DNA of 63,693 bases, counting the filler, from Pelomyxa schiedti (taxonomy: Eukaryota; Protista; Evosea), in assembly GCA_020536535.1 (NCBI GenBank). It is 12 parts of 12 records of this genome, joined end to end, with 100 filler letters (N's around TTAATTAATTAA, not from the genome) between each part and the next. Parts side by side here need not be neighbours in the genome. Positions count along the whole stretch, not along the records: positions 1 to 20,697 come from JAHLWZ010001085.1; positions 20,798 to 33,581 come from JAHLWZ010001202.1; 10 more parts are not named here. The stretch is one strand, 5' to 3'. A program made the translations under genes and the position numbers. The stretch's first letter is position 1, and every line of letters starts with the position of its first letter. Below the pieces are notes generated by a model. That model worked only from the letters and a program-made list of their open reading frames with translations. It searched no databases and was not told the origin of the DNA. Below are positions 12,343 through 24,300 of the stretch, one piece after another.

Positions 12343-14786
12343 CTACGAGTCAGAGGGTTGGCTTAAACTCTTGAGCATTTGTGCGAATCTTCTCCTCTCC
12401 ATCCTGTCACTGCTTGCTTTGCGTGTGCCCAAAGACTGTAATTCTTGTTTGGCCTGTTAAGGTATTGTTAGTGTGGCTATTGTGGTTCTTTTTCGGCGTA
12501 CTTCTTCGTTGTCGGGCTGTTTTTCCAGTGCCGTTGTGAAATCCTGTGAGGCACGTTCCCACTCACCAAGCGCGGCATTGCACCGGCCTCTTCTTATCCA
12601 TGCTTTCACATTACCGTTGTCCAACGCAAGGGACTAAAATGAGGGTTAGATGGCACTATTCAATTGAAGCTATTACGAAACCTTGTCGCAGTATTCATAG
12701 GCTTTACTGGGCATCTTTAGGGCAAGATAACATGCAGCACTGTTCAGAAGGCATTTGGCTCTTTGTTGAGTGACACTTTCTTTTTCCGCAGTACTCATCC
12801 CTTCCTCACAAGAAACAAGCTCCAAAGCTCGTAAGTATCTTGGTAAAGTATTAGAAAAAAGACACTAGACAGGAAGGTGTTACTTAGAAAGGGCTGCACG
12901 CATAAGTTTGTGTTGGTAGAGTTCGTTGCCTTGTAATCTCTTTTGCTCTGAACTTTTAATTCTCTCATCAACCGGCATCTTATCAGATGGAACAGGCTGC
13001 AGTAATCGTAAGATGATAATTTTTTTTAAATTACTCACTGGGCAGATATCCAAAAGGGCAACATAATATTGTAGAGGTATGCGTTTATCCGTACTTGTGG
13101 CATTCAATGATTTATCCAGAAATTCTTGATATTCGGGGGTAAGTGTTAGAACGCAAACATCCCCTCTTGCCATGGTCAACAATCCTGCCTCTAATCCAAG
13201 TGGCAGTTTACCTGGTAAGAGTGTTCGAGGTGTAGTTATACGAAGATCAGGCATACCTCCACCAATTGTACAGCTGAATTCTTTTGCTTCCATGACAAAG
13301 CCATTTACATCAGTGGCTTTGTAGTTGATAAGAACGTGGCAGTCATCTGAAACTTTGGGACCCCTTCCTTCCAACAAAATCTGTGTTTACCAGTTATTTG
13401 CTTGGCCAAGGCACACAACTGGAAAGATAGAATACCCGTTTGCTTATCCCACCATCCTTCACAACATCTGTTAGATCTTCTTCCACTGCAACAAGTTCTA
13501 CTTCGCATTGCAAGACGTCAATACCCACGGGCCTGACGAAGAGCTGCTTGGCATTTGGTGGGTGGGCAAAATATTGTGCAGTGCAAACAACGACAGCCAA
13601 TTCACCCTCTTTCATCCCTACTACAGCCTTTTCCAGTCCTTTGAACACTTGATTCATACCAACCTGGAAGGAACTTAATGAACCATTATACGGAAAGGGT
13701 TCATACAGTAAAAGATAATGGTTTAGCCTCTCGAGTAGAGAACAGCACGCTGTTGTCCGGGCGGTAAATGACCAAGTGGGTATATACAATGTCCTTCTTT
13801 TCGGGATTTCGCAAACCATACCCTTTCCTTAGAGTCTTGTACTTCACACCACCATCACTTGTCAAGGGTGAAAGATCAGATGTAGGAACAGCCAAAGCAG
13901 CAGGGAGAGTTTGTGGTTGCTGGGCAGGTGTAGTAGTTGCTTGCTGCGAAGTAATTGGAATCTGGCGTGTTTGTGCCTGGGAAGCAGGGGTGGTTTTTGG
14001 TGCACTAATAAGTATCAGAAAGAGGGAACAGTTGAGGTGTTATACCTTGAAGCCGCGCCGTGTGCTGTGGTAACAGGAATTGTGAATGTTTCTTGTTTTC
14101 CAGGTGTTATCTTGGGCAAAGATATCGTCAGTACACCATCAACCATCTTTGCTGTCATGTGTGTCCCATCGACATTTTTAGGAATAGCGAATTTTCTGGA
14201 GAAATTGCCCCTTGGGCGCTCTCTGGCAGTGATGCGATCTCCAGAAGCCAATGCCATTTCCATTATGTCCCCAGAAACGATGAGTGTGGATCTATCAGGT
14301 GATACCTCCAAAGAAACGTCTTCTTTCCTCACACCAGGTAATTCCATGACAATCTGAAGGATTGTAAATTAAATATAAAGCGTTCACATGCAAAGTGCCG
14401 TATACCTGAACGTGAGTTTGTGACTCACCAATATCAGCTGGAGGCACCCAAGGCTGACTCTCCTGTGCCTCACTTGTCACGCGCCTTGATGGATGTTGCT
14501 GAAGTGTGGGAATAGTTCTGGCCTGTTGTCTGGCGGGTCGATTGCGCTGTTGTTGGTTTGCCCTCTGGAGGGGCATCCTCGATTCTGGATTTACGAAAGA
14601 TCTTCTGTAGGAAGAGGGGTAGGATCTCTGTGGCACAGTGTCGTCGATGAGCATGTCTTCAAGATTTGGGTAGCCGTCGTTGCCGTAGTTTTCGTACTCG
14701 TCGTCATTGTCGTTGTAGAAGTCGTTGTAACCGCCACGAGACAGCGACGGCAAAAAACCAAAAGTGGGTTCCACAAGCCTCCTCAT
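12343..14786 (-). CDS. HSP20/alpha-crystallin - FKBP - FKBP - TPR fusion chaperone
   Basis: HSP20: WVPPADIGE...VMELPGVRKEDVSLEV...LIVSG...RERPRGNFSRKFAIPKNVD...TAKMVDGVLTISLPK. Linked in frame through a 41-nt intron (14045-14005) to FKBP1 (LTSDGGVKYKTLRKG...GLEKAVVGMKEGE), FKBP2 (DGGISKR...PLGLEAGLLTMARGD) and TPRs (KRLQGNELY...LNSAACYLAL...NVKAWIRRG). TAG at 12345-12343. Confidence 0.85.
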
Positions 14787-15177
14787 TGCTTTGTATTATG
14801 TGTGTTTCAAGATCTGTGTTGTCCCTTGCTTTCTTTGCTTTTTTTTGTTTTTATGTTGGAGCTTGGTTTCCTGGTAGAGCTGTGTGTTGTTGTCGTGTGT
14901 TTTTGCCTTCTGTTTTTTTTTTGTTTTGTTTCGGCGTTTTGGTTCTGTATTTTGTGCAAACACCAAACGTCCATTGGGCTTTTTGATGCCATTTCACTTG
15001 CAGCTCCTTCAGTTTTCGTCTGGGGTACGCGGCACATCCGCCCAAATACAAACGAAATCTCTTCTTTAATTTGCTTTCGTTTTTATTTGGATTTCTTGTC
15101 TTGATGGGTTCTTCTGAGCCTGTTGTGGTCCCGAGTGTCTTCTTCTTCTGTGGAGAACTCTTGCCCTTAGGTCTCCA

Positions 15178-16917
15178 GTGCCAGACCCCAAGCGAAACCA
15201 TCACAAAAAGTGGAAAAACAGCCATGAGATGAGCAGGGGGTCCATATCGGTACACAACAGACTCTCGTATTTGACGCGTTGTTTGCACACACGGCTGTCA
15301 CTCGATGCGTGTTTGGCTCAGCATGACAGGCTACTTTCATCAGGGACGGCCGGCCAGCCAGTTGTGCCTCAGAAACTTCCTAGAAAACTCAAGCCCCTGG
15401 AGGAGCCGGTGTTCTCCGAAAAGTTGTTTGCTCGCTGCGGGGACTGTGCCAGCGACCTCGCAGACAGGCTCGAGCACCTGCTGGACTACATCGGTGATTC
15501 GAGGAATCTCGTACCAGAGACAATTGTGAAGGTCTTTGTTCAGATCAGATACGACCTTATCGAGCACAGCGCGGTAGAGCTCTATGACGCCTACTCTTTG
15601 GGAAGAGTCTGCTTTGCTCTGGCAATGCCTGTCATTTGGTCCGAAATTCTGACTTGGCAGGACTTTGGAATTTCCGGCTTAAGCGAAGCGGATAGCGTCG
15701 GGCAAGTTCCTCAGAATAGTTCTGAACCGTTATGCCAAGGTGATGAGGCTGGGAGAACTGCGGCGAGGCCGGAAGGGGAACCAGAGAGGAAACCCGATTC
15801 CGCAGTTGGAAAATGGATTGCTTCAGATTGGTGTTGTGCTTGCGCTAACAGGTTCGCTACTTGGCGGGAGTTACTACGCGAAGCGAGGGGAGTATCTTTT
15901 TGTGACCACCACATATTCTGCGATTCATGCACGTCGGTTGTTTACCCGCTGCTGTTTCAGGCACTACAGGTCACGCCGGACCTGAAGAATTTCACCCTGC
16001 TGAAGTCCGTCGATGCGTGGAGTGAGTGTTTTCACACACTGGTGAGTGATGTTGTTGCACCGGCTATTATTCCAAGGATTAGCTCACTTATGGAGAATAA
16101 CTTTGAACCTTGTGACCCTTCTCGTGCACTGCAACCTTCTGATCAAGCCGCATTGCTGGAGACCCAACGAAATATCGCAGTGACTATTGCGGTGTGGCAA
16201 CCCAAATTGCAAAATCACCTCAATACATTCTACATGCTCACCTCGTCGAGACTCAGTAAATTCTTTTTGGAGTGCTCTGACCTGGTACTCATCAGGGAGA
16301 TATTTGTGATATGGCAGTCCTTGTTTCCACAGGAAATTACCAACTCCCTTCTCCTTCAAGGAATTCTGCCGCGGATTTCATCTGAATTGGTTGATATTCC
16401 CGTATTTGTTGAACTATCACCCCCGGTATCACTGTTGGACTCGAATAACCTCAAATCAATTCTGGTGTGGACCACCACTTTCGCTGAAGCCGGAAAAGAA
16501 TGCTGGAGTGAGTGGGTCACAATGTTTGAAAACTCTTTTTTTGCTAGATGGCTTTTGTCACTACAAGCCTGGCTTCAAAACGAAACTGCAACAGAAGTGG
16601 TGTCATCTTTAAGTGGACTTCACCAACCCAATTGGGGTTTGCTGGCCAACTGGTACAGTATGTGGAAGCAAGAGCTTTCTAGTACTTCAAGCCTAATGGT
16701 GTCCACGGATGGATTTCTTCTTCATTTTCATGTAAGTTACTCCTGTTTCTTTTTTCAATGCAAATGACATACGAACTAGACAGCTCTTCAGCTAATTGAT
16801 TCCGTCCTCGCGGAGCTATCGGCTGACGATGCAAGCACGAGGATAGAAACAGAAGAAGTGCAACCAACGACACCCACGCCCTGTGGTTCTAAGTTTCCAA
16901 CCCCCAAGTTGTCATAG
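15178..16917 (+). CDS. GCFC-domain protein, TFIP11/Ntr1 C-terminal-like; no G-patch seen
   Basis: MFENSFFARWLLSLQAWL...PNWGLLANWYSMWKQEL resembles TFIP11 FFPKWLQVLCSWL..PNYEEITKWYLGWKSMF. Last intron about 16732-16779, final exon TALQLID...KLS*. Start uncertain (first in-frame ATG 15229). Confidence 0.65.
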
Positions 16918-16991
16918 TTTCCCGGATGCGAATCTCAAGTCATAAACACAAAATTAAATACGCGACATTGTTCACCACGCGACGAGACGAG

Positions 16992-18037
16992 ATGGATACA
17001 GGATCTGGACAAAGAGGAGGATCACGTAAACGCAACAGCGCCGCAAGTACTACCACTACTCCGGCGACCGGAAATGCGCTATTGCCGACGCCAACTGAGC
17101 CCCCTGATAGGCACACTACCCACGTCGGCGTCGTAACTACCGCGTCGGAAACCGCTAGCGCACATCAGCAACAACAACGCCCGTCGCTGGCGGCACCACC
17201 CGCGGCGCACATAGTTCCAGTTGATGTGGGGACTAGTGGTTTGGTGGCGAGCGCGGCGTCTGTGGGTGGCGACAAATCTGCTTCGTATTTGTCAGGAAAG
17301 CACCCGTTGGGTCGCCAGTGGGTGATGTGGTATGACAAACCGGCAGCTGCGCAGACAGAGAGTACTTGGGGAGAAAACATAAAGCGGCTCATGCTTTTGA
17401 GTTCTGTTGAAGATTTTTGTGGGTAAGAGCGACTCTGATGGACAATTTCTCGCTCACCTTTTTTTAACCCCAGAATGTACAACAACATGCTAGCGGCTTC
17501 GAGATTACCACCAGGTGCTAACTACCATATGTTCAAGCACGGTATAGAACCCAAATGGGAAGACCCATCTAACGAAGGTGGGGGCAAGTGGGTGTTATCA
17601 GTTTCAAATAATCCCTCTTCGGGTTCGCTTTGTGATAATATATGGAGAGAAGTCGTGTGTACTTTCTCCCAACAAGGCGGCGGACCAACTAATAATGCTT
17701 TAGCTTTTCGCGTGCATTGGAGAACTGTTTACTGAAGAGACAGCTGCAGAGATATGTGGGGTTGTTGTTAGTACGAGAGCAAAATACATCAGAATTGGTA
17801 TCATTGAGACACACACTTTCTCCTTTCTGACAATTCCCTAGCATTATGGACCCGAAATGTAGATGAAAAATGTATAATGAAAATTGGGTGTGTTTTCCTC
17901 CAAGGCATTCCAGAAATTGTTAACGTGAACTCCCATTTAGTACTGAATTTAGACTCGTGTCCTGTGTACCTCTGGGGATGAAGCTCTCCTATCAATATCA
18001 CTCTCCCAGCAGTGGTCAGCCACAGTTTTCAGTTTAG
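16992..18037 (+). CDS. EIF4E: Eukaryotic translation initiation factor 4E family member
   Basis: HPLGRQWVMWYD...TWGEN...SVEDFCGMYNN...YHMFKHGIEPKWEDPSNEGGGKW...W...CIGE.F...ICGVVVSTRAK..RIALWT...IG...YQYH, reconstructed over about 5 exons. Confidence 0.93.
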
Positions 18038-18588
18038 CATGGCTCACGATTTTCTCATCCTGAGCAATGGCGGCTATTTATAGTCACCCTTCAATGCACA
18101 CGGATTGGAGATTGCTCGGCTCAATCACACAGCAGTCAATCCTGTGACAGCACACAAGAGTGTTTGCTCACTTTGCACATAGCAACTCCTACAACCCCTG
18201 TACTGGTTTTTTTCCTTTTTGCAAGAAAAAAAAAATTCCCCAACAGAATACAAAAATTTCTCCTTGTGGTTCTCGATAATCACCATCACGGGATCCTCAT
18301 CGCCTCGTTTGTTTTTCTACAGTTCGCCGTGCGACGATCTCCATCAACAACGATCGTGACTACCAAGTGGCGTAACTCACTTTTTTCCATCTACATGTGC
18401 TTCCTGTGCCTTTTCTGGAGAGTCGCGTTTCCACACAATTTCCCTGGTGTGAAGTACTTCTAATAATTCCATGGGAATGGAACTTTTTTTCTTTAGACGA
18501 ACGAAAATATTTCAAGAAAAGAAAAACAAACACCCTACGAACACTACGCCGTGGGACACAACACTATTTTTTTTGTTATCCTTTCGAG

Positions 18589-20114
18589 ATGTCAACACCA
18601 CACAGTGAGCCCCTTAAAAGGATGGGACTGGTTCTGCCTAACCTGACTGGGTTTGGGGAGCTCATATTTCCCCCCTGCATCGTTACACCTACCGAAAGTG
18701 CTCGTTCTAAGAAGCTACTGAGCAAAACGACGCACTGTTGCGTTGTCAAGTCGGGCACAAAGCGGGTTGTGAAGAAACCCAGTTCTAAAGACAGGTGAGT
18801 GTCTTTTTCTTTCTTTTTTTTTTTTTTTTTTCGGTAATTACGGCCGAAATTAATGCCGTTATTGCCGTTCGACGGTTTCGCCTTTTTAACTTCGGTTTTC
18901 AAAAGGCACTACAACCGCAAGCTACTTTCAGAGGCTTCAATAATGGTGAAGCTTAACTGTGCACAACACTGTGCACAGTTACGGGATGTTTGGCACAAAG
19001 GGAAAGGAGTACATTTGAAGGTGTGTGAAACTCTGTCGTGTTATTCCTCATTGTAATTCTCAGATGGATGCCGGCTTGCGAAATTTGCATCAAATTATTC
19101 ATGAACAGCCCAGTGCAATAACAAATGATGAATTCTGGGACAAGGGTCTAGATGTCGCACTGGTAAGTCTCCAGAGCATTACATACACTTCCTCATTGCT
19201 TGTAGGCAGTGAATGAATGTCACACAAAAGGGGTACTCCATATGGATATTAAGCCATCTAATATTGTTGAAACCAATCGAGGCTGTCTTATGTTGATTGA
19301 TTTTGGCCAGTCCATATCAGGTTTTGTTTTCGTCGCGACAATTTTTACAAGTTGTCTCATTATTGTAGCTCCCTGGGTCATAGACCGTGATGACGTTGAT
19401 TCCTATGGAGATGGTGCCTACCTTACTCCAGATTTTGGAACCACATGCCCCTCACCTGCCTGGGATATCTTTGCACTTGGGTAAACTTCCTTTTTTTCCT
19501 TCCTTTTTTCTTTGTTCTTTTTACTAACATGCCCTAGGGTAACATTCTTGGAAATGGCTACAAGGGCAGACATCAGGGCCAGTGGGGTTAGAGAATGCCT
19601 CAGAACTTCAACTTCAGCTGAAGACTTTTTCTCCCATGTATATCCTTATGCCCTCACCTTTCTGCCTTTGTCTAACGGAATACAGTTCACAGGAGCAAAA
19701 GAGCGGACCGCGAGGATTAAAAACCTCATATGGCACATGCTGCAGCCACAGCAATCACAGCGGGCGACCATGGCAGACATTCTCGCTACTCCAGAAATGG
19801 CACTGCGGCAAGCCACGAGGCTGGCATTTGTGATAGGCACCACAAGCCCCACTCTCACTCCTACCCCAAGTCCTTCTCCCAGTCCCTCTCTGACTCCCTC
19901 CGTCCCTTCCTCCACCTCTTCCTCCACTGACTCCTATTCCTCTTCTACCAACAGCAACAATAATGCGGTCACCGATGCAACTGCAACCCAATCTGCAACA
20001 ACACAGCCCACAAACGAAGAAGCTTCAGTAACCACCACAACCAGCACCTCCTCAGCGCAAGTTGCCTATCTAGGACAGCGCATTGACGAGTGCGCCAAGG
20101 CCGTCATGTCATGA
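18589..20114 (+). CDS. Wee1/Myt1-like protein kinase with S/T-rich tail
   Basis: LHMDIKPSNI (Wee1-type catalytic loop), IDFG, GDGAYLTPD (compare Wee1 EGDxRYxAxE), WDIFALGVTFLEMAT. The Gly-loop is degenerate. Multi-exon. Confidence 0.72.
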
Positions 20115-20531
20115 ATGACAGCGGCCGTCCTGTGATGCTCTTGAGCCTGTGCCGGATCCATCCATGTGGCCCCCTGTCTGTTCTGAATCAAGAAGCCCAC
20201 CACCACCCCGTTATGGGACTATTCTGGTCTTTGCTTGATTGGATTCCATTGTATTTCACTCACTGCTGGCCTGCATGGCATTGGTACTTTTTTTGGCTTG
20301 ATCTCAGGGCCCTGGTTGATGACATTATCTCCCCACACCACAGGATTCCTCTTCTCAGAGTTTTCTTTTACACAGCCTTTTGTTGGGTAATTTGTAACAG
20401 TAAAAATGTAGAGTTTCATTTATTGTCCAGTTGTCCAGTCTTTTTCAAGCTCCTCGCCATCAAGGAAATTAAAAAAGAAAGAACAAGAAAGGACAAACAA
20501 GAAAAAACAAACAAGAAGCAAGCGACAATAA

Positions 20532-20697
<166 letters not shown>

Positions 20698-20797
20698 NNN
20701 NNNNNNNNNNNNNNNNNNNNNNNNNNNNNNNNNNNNNNNNNTTAATTAATTAANNNNNNNNNNNNNNNNNNNNNNNNNNNNNNNNNNNNNNNNNNNN
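20698..20797. other. Artificial contig linker (N44-TTAATTAATTAA-N44). Same linker at 33582-33681, 37707-37806, 42525-42624, 46309-46408, 49792-49891, 52262-52361, 54996-55095, 56177-56276, 59893-59992, 61532-61631
   Basis: Identical 100-nt spacer with a six-frame stop cassette, repeated 11 times. Confidence 0.98.
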
Positions 20798-21098
20798 TAT
20801 ACAGACAATCCTGAAAGGGGAAGGTGCATAAAACACCTTTTATTATATTTCCTCTGGATAGGGGATAACCAACCAGTATTGTTACTGCACCATCATCGGT
20901 CCAAGGTCCATCATTTTCATTATAGAATTCAACCAATTCCCCTTCATTTACAAGTTCCATCACTGCTGCATCAAATGCCTTGGTTGTTGTTGAATGTGAG
21001 AAAACAAAGAGAAGAGAGCAGGTGCATTGGGCCACCAAGTAGAAACCTGAGCGAGTTGCTCGTCGCCAGACTCTGTGCCCCCCACGGTCCCAACGCAT
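20798..21098 (-). CDS. Hypothetical protein, 5' exons only
   Basis: Plausible exons MRWDRGGHRVWRRATRS / TTTKAFDAAVMELVNEGELVEFYNENDGPWTDDGAVTILVGYPLSRGNIIK, bounded by GT-AG. No family recognised. Confidence 0.3.
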
Positions 21099-21328
21099 AT
21101 CACCACCACCGCCGCATACAACACACAAACAACTCCCACATCCAATCCCCTTCCCCTGCTGTGCTTCCGCATCAACCCCCCGACTGACACCGCGATCAGA
21201 TCCCTCCCAAAACTTTCGATTCTCGACGGTTGAAAGGGTTCTTCGTTCCATCAAAAACCGCACAGTAGCGGCCCCAAGAGTGGGTGTGTGCGGCTCCTCG
21301 TAGCTTGACAACAACAACAACAATTGAC

Positions 21329-24300
21329 ATGTCCTTCGTGCAGCACCTCCGTTCCCTTTCGTCCTCGTCGTCGTCCACGTCCACTCCGTCCTCGTCGACC
21401 ACCACGCCTGGGGCTGGTCTGAGGACATCACCCGGTGGCGGCGGCGGTGGCGGTGGGGGGGGTGCCCCTACTACTACTACGACGACCACAACCCTTCCTA
21501 CGGGCGTAATCGTAGTTGGTGGTGGTACGACGCAGAATAATGTCGGTGGTGGCATCACTCCCCTGCATTCGAGTGGCCCTGCTACAACTCCATCTGCGTT
21601 CTGGCCCGCGTCTATTCTTCAAAGGCAACAGCAGCAGCCAGGTGCAACAAACACCACAATGGGCGTGCCAACTGGTAGTGTTGGTGGTGGTGGTAATACT
21701 AGTAATAATATTATGAACACTGGGGGAGTGGGTGTTAGGGCTACTACTCCCCCTGGGGCTGCGATTCTCCCACCGTCCTATTCATCATATCCCGCTGCTT
21801 CTAATATTAGCGGAGGTAGAACCTCCGCGCCGATGACCACAAACAATCCCCCACAACCTCCCCCTCCTCCTCCTCCTTCTACTCCGTACACTTTCACTCC
21901 TACTGCTAATTTGAATAGTGGTACTAGTATATCCCCTGCTGTATCACCACCTCTCACTTCCTCTCCTTCGCGCATTACTTCACCTTCTGCAAGTCAATTC
22001 TCCTCTCCTGTTACCACTTCTAGTATCAGCTCGGCTACTACACCCCCCTCTACGCCAACTGTGCCCTTGGTTCCCTCCCCAAGTTCTACTATCCAAGAGA
22101 GTAACATAAGCCCGAGTGTTACCCCAAAGATTGCAGAAAGTAACCTTACTGGCTCGGTTATTGGTGTAAGCAGCAGTGCATCTATGCTGGCAACTATTTG
22201 GCCTGCTTCACAAGGTGATGTGGGTGCCGGAAATGTGGGAGACTCTGTCACTGGCGGTGGAGAAGACCCAGAGAAACACAAGTTGAGAATGTACCTAGCG
22301 GTATTAAAACGTGGAGTGATACAGGAGCAACAGAAAAACAAAGAGCTGGATGAGGCCTTAAAACAAAAAGTAAATTCTCTCTGATCTTTTGCCCTCTTCT
22401 TATCATTCTCCGGTTAGGAAGTGTTATTGAGGACCTTGACAGAAAAAAATGATGTGCTAGAATTTAATAACAGCAGGTACTTCCTCTTTTTCTCCGGCTC
22501 TTTCAAACTCAATCTTCTTAAGACTGACAAAAAAAATTGCTGTGTTGGAGGAAGAAATGAGCCAGTCCAAAAAGGTTTGTGACCGCTCTATTTGAAGTAC
22601 TTCAACCAATTTCCTCTGAAAGCGAGGAAAAGGAGACAGCTGGTTCTCTGTTACTGCAAAGGGTGACCTCAACAAGGTTCGTGAGGAACTAGGCATTGTC
22701 TCCCATGAACTTGAGGAAAAAATTGCTGAAAATGGTGTCTCTTTTTTCTTTTCTTTTTTTTTTTCGTTTCCTTTTTACACCAACAAGAGGGTCTGCACAT
22801 GAAAATATTCGAAATGAAGCAGTCAGATCAGCAAACAATTGACCAATTAGAGACTCACATAAACGCACTGAAGCAAACAATAATGCAGTATGAGGTAATA
22901 AGCATTTTATTTTTCGCTCATTGTATTCAATATTAATTCAAACTGTCAATAGACTGAACTGGAAAGCCTGAAAGTTTCATTCAAAACAGAAACTGAAAAA
23001 TTATCCACAGAAAAAAGTAAACTTCAAGACAGCTTACTGGTCACTGAAAAACAAGCCACTTTGTAAGAATTCACCTTTCTCCCCAATTCCCACATTTTCC
23101 CAGTGATAAGGAGCTGTTTCTCCAGAAAGAGACTCTACTAAAACAAGAGAATAAGCAGCTACAAACAGGTACTACAACAGACATAGATTCTCTGACCAAA
23201 TTTAGATCTGTCCCAGAACAAAGATATCCTAAAGGAAAAAGTTCTGTTTAATGATACCGTCCAAAAACCTCTAAACATGATGAACATCCCTCCATTTAGC
23301 CCTTCTCGTTCTGTATGCTTCCCTCTATGACTTCCTTGCATGACTTCTTTTTCAGGAATCTATGAATTCCGCAAGAAGCAACCTTGTTTCAGCCCTACGG
23401 GAGGTGGTCTCAAGCATTGAAAGCTTTCATATCTCCCTTCGCGAAAAATTGATGCTCTGCAACCGCTCTCCTCTGCTTAGCCATTCACAAAAGACTGCAA
23501 ACACAAAGGAAAATTGTCCAATACTTCTTCTCTATTGTTAAACCATGTGTAGGTTATTGAAATTCTTCCAGAGTACAACAAGTACCTATTGGATATCTGT
23601 GAGTCCTGTTCCAAGCCCAAAATGGTTCCTTCCCCTGCTTTACTCACTTTACCTAATATTTGTTTTGTGCCAGCCGGAGCTCTCTAATAAACTGAGAACA
23701 TTTATTGAGTTTGATAAAACGGTCACGACTCTTCACATGGCAAGACTCACAGAAGATGCTTTCACTGCAGAAAGACAAGAAATCGAAAATAATCCCTCAG
23801 ATACAACATGCCCTGCCTCCGTTAATGCCAAACAAGTCGCTCAAGCACATTGCACACTTCATTCAGCACTCTCGTCATTTATTTCTGTAATTGAAGCAGG
23901 TTTTCCGTTCTATCTTCTTCAAACATTTTTCCCAATACTAATACCAACAATCCACAGAAAATGTTATCACAGAGGCTGTATCAAAAAAGATACTGCAAAA
24001 CTTCAATGAAATTGTATCAGCTTATTCCGGTGGGTTTTTCACCAAGAATATCTTTTCTACAACAACCTAATATAGGCAAGGTTTGGCACAACAAACAGAG
24101 CAAATGATTGAGGTTGATGACCAATACATCAACAGTGAGCGAATCAGCCACAATCAACGGCAACAACGGGCCCTCACAACAACTATTCAAGCATTGACAA
24201 AGCTTGCCACTTCATTGAGTGCACTCCACTCGATTTATTTTGGGCCTTCCTTCCCTGTCCGGGGTGCCTTAGTGGTCAGTATGAAATCGTCTCCTAATTT

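Noticed and set aside
14493-15104. Hydrophobic 'membrane protein' ORFs
   Set aside because: Antisense of the HSP20 fusion's first exon and its A/C-rich leader; Phe/Val/Leu richness comes from T/G-rich sequence.
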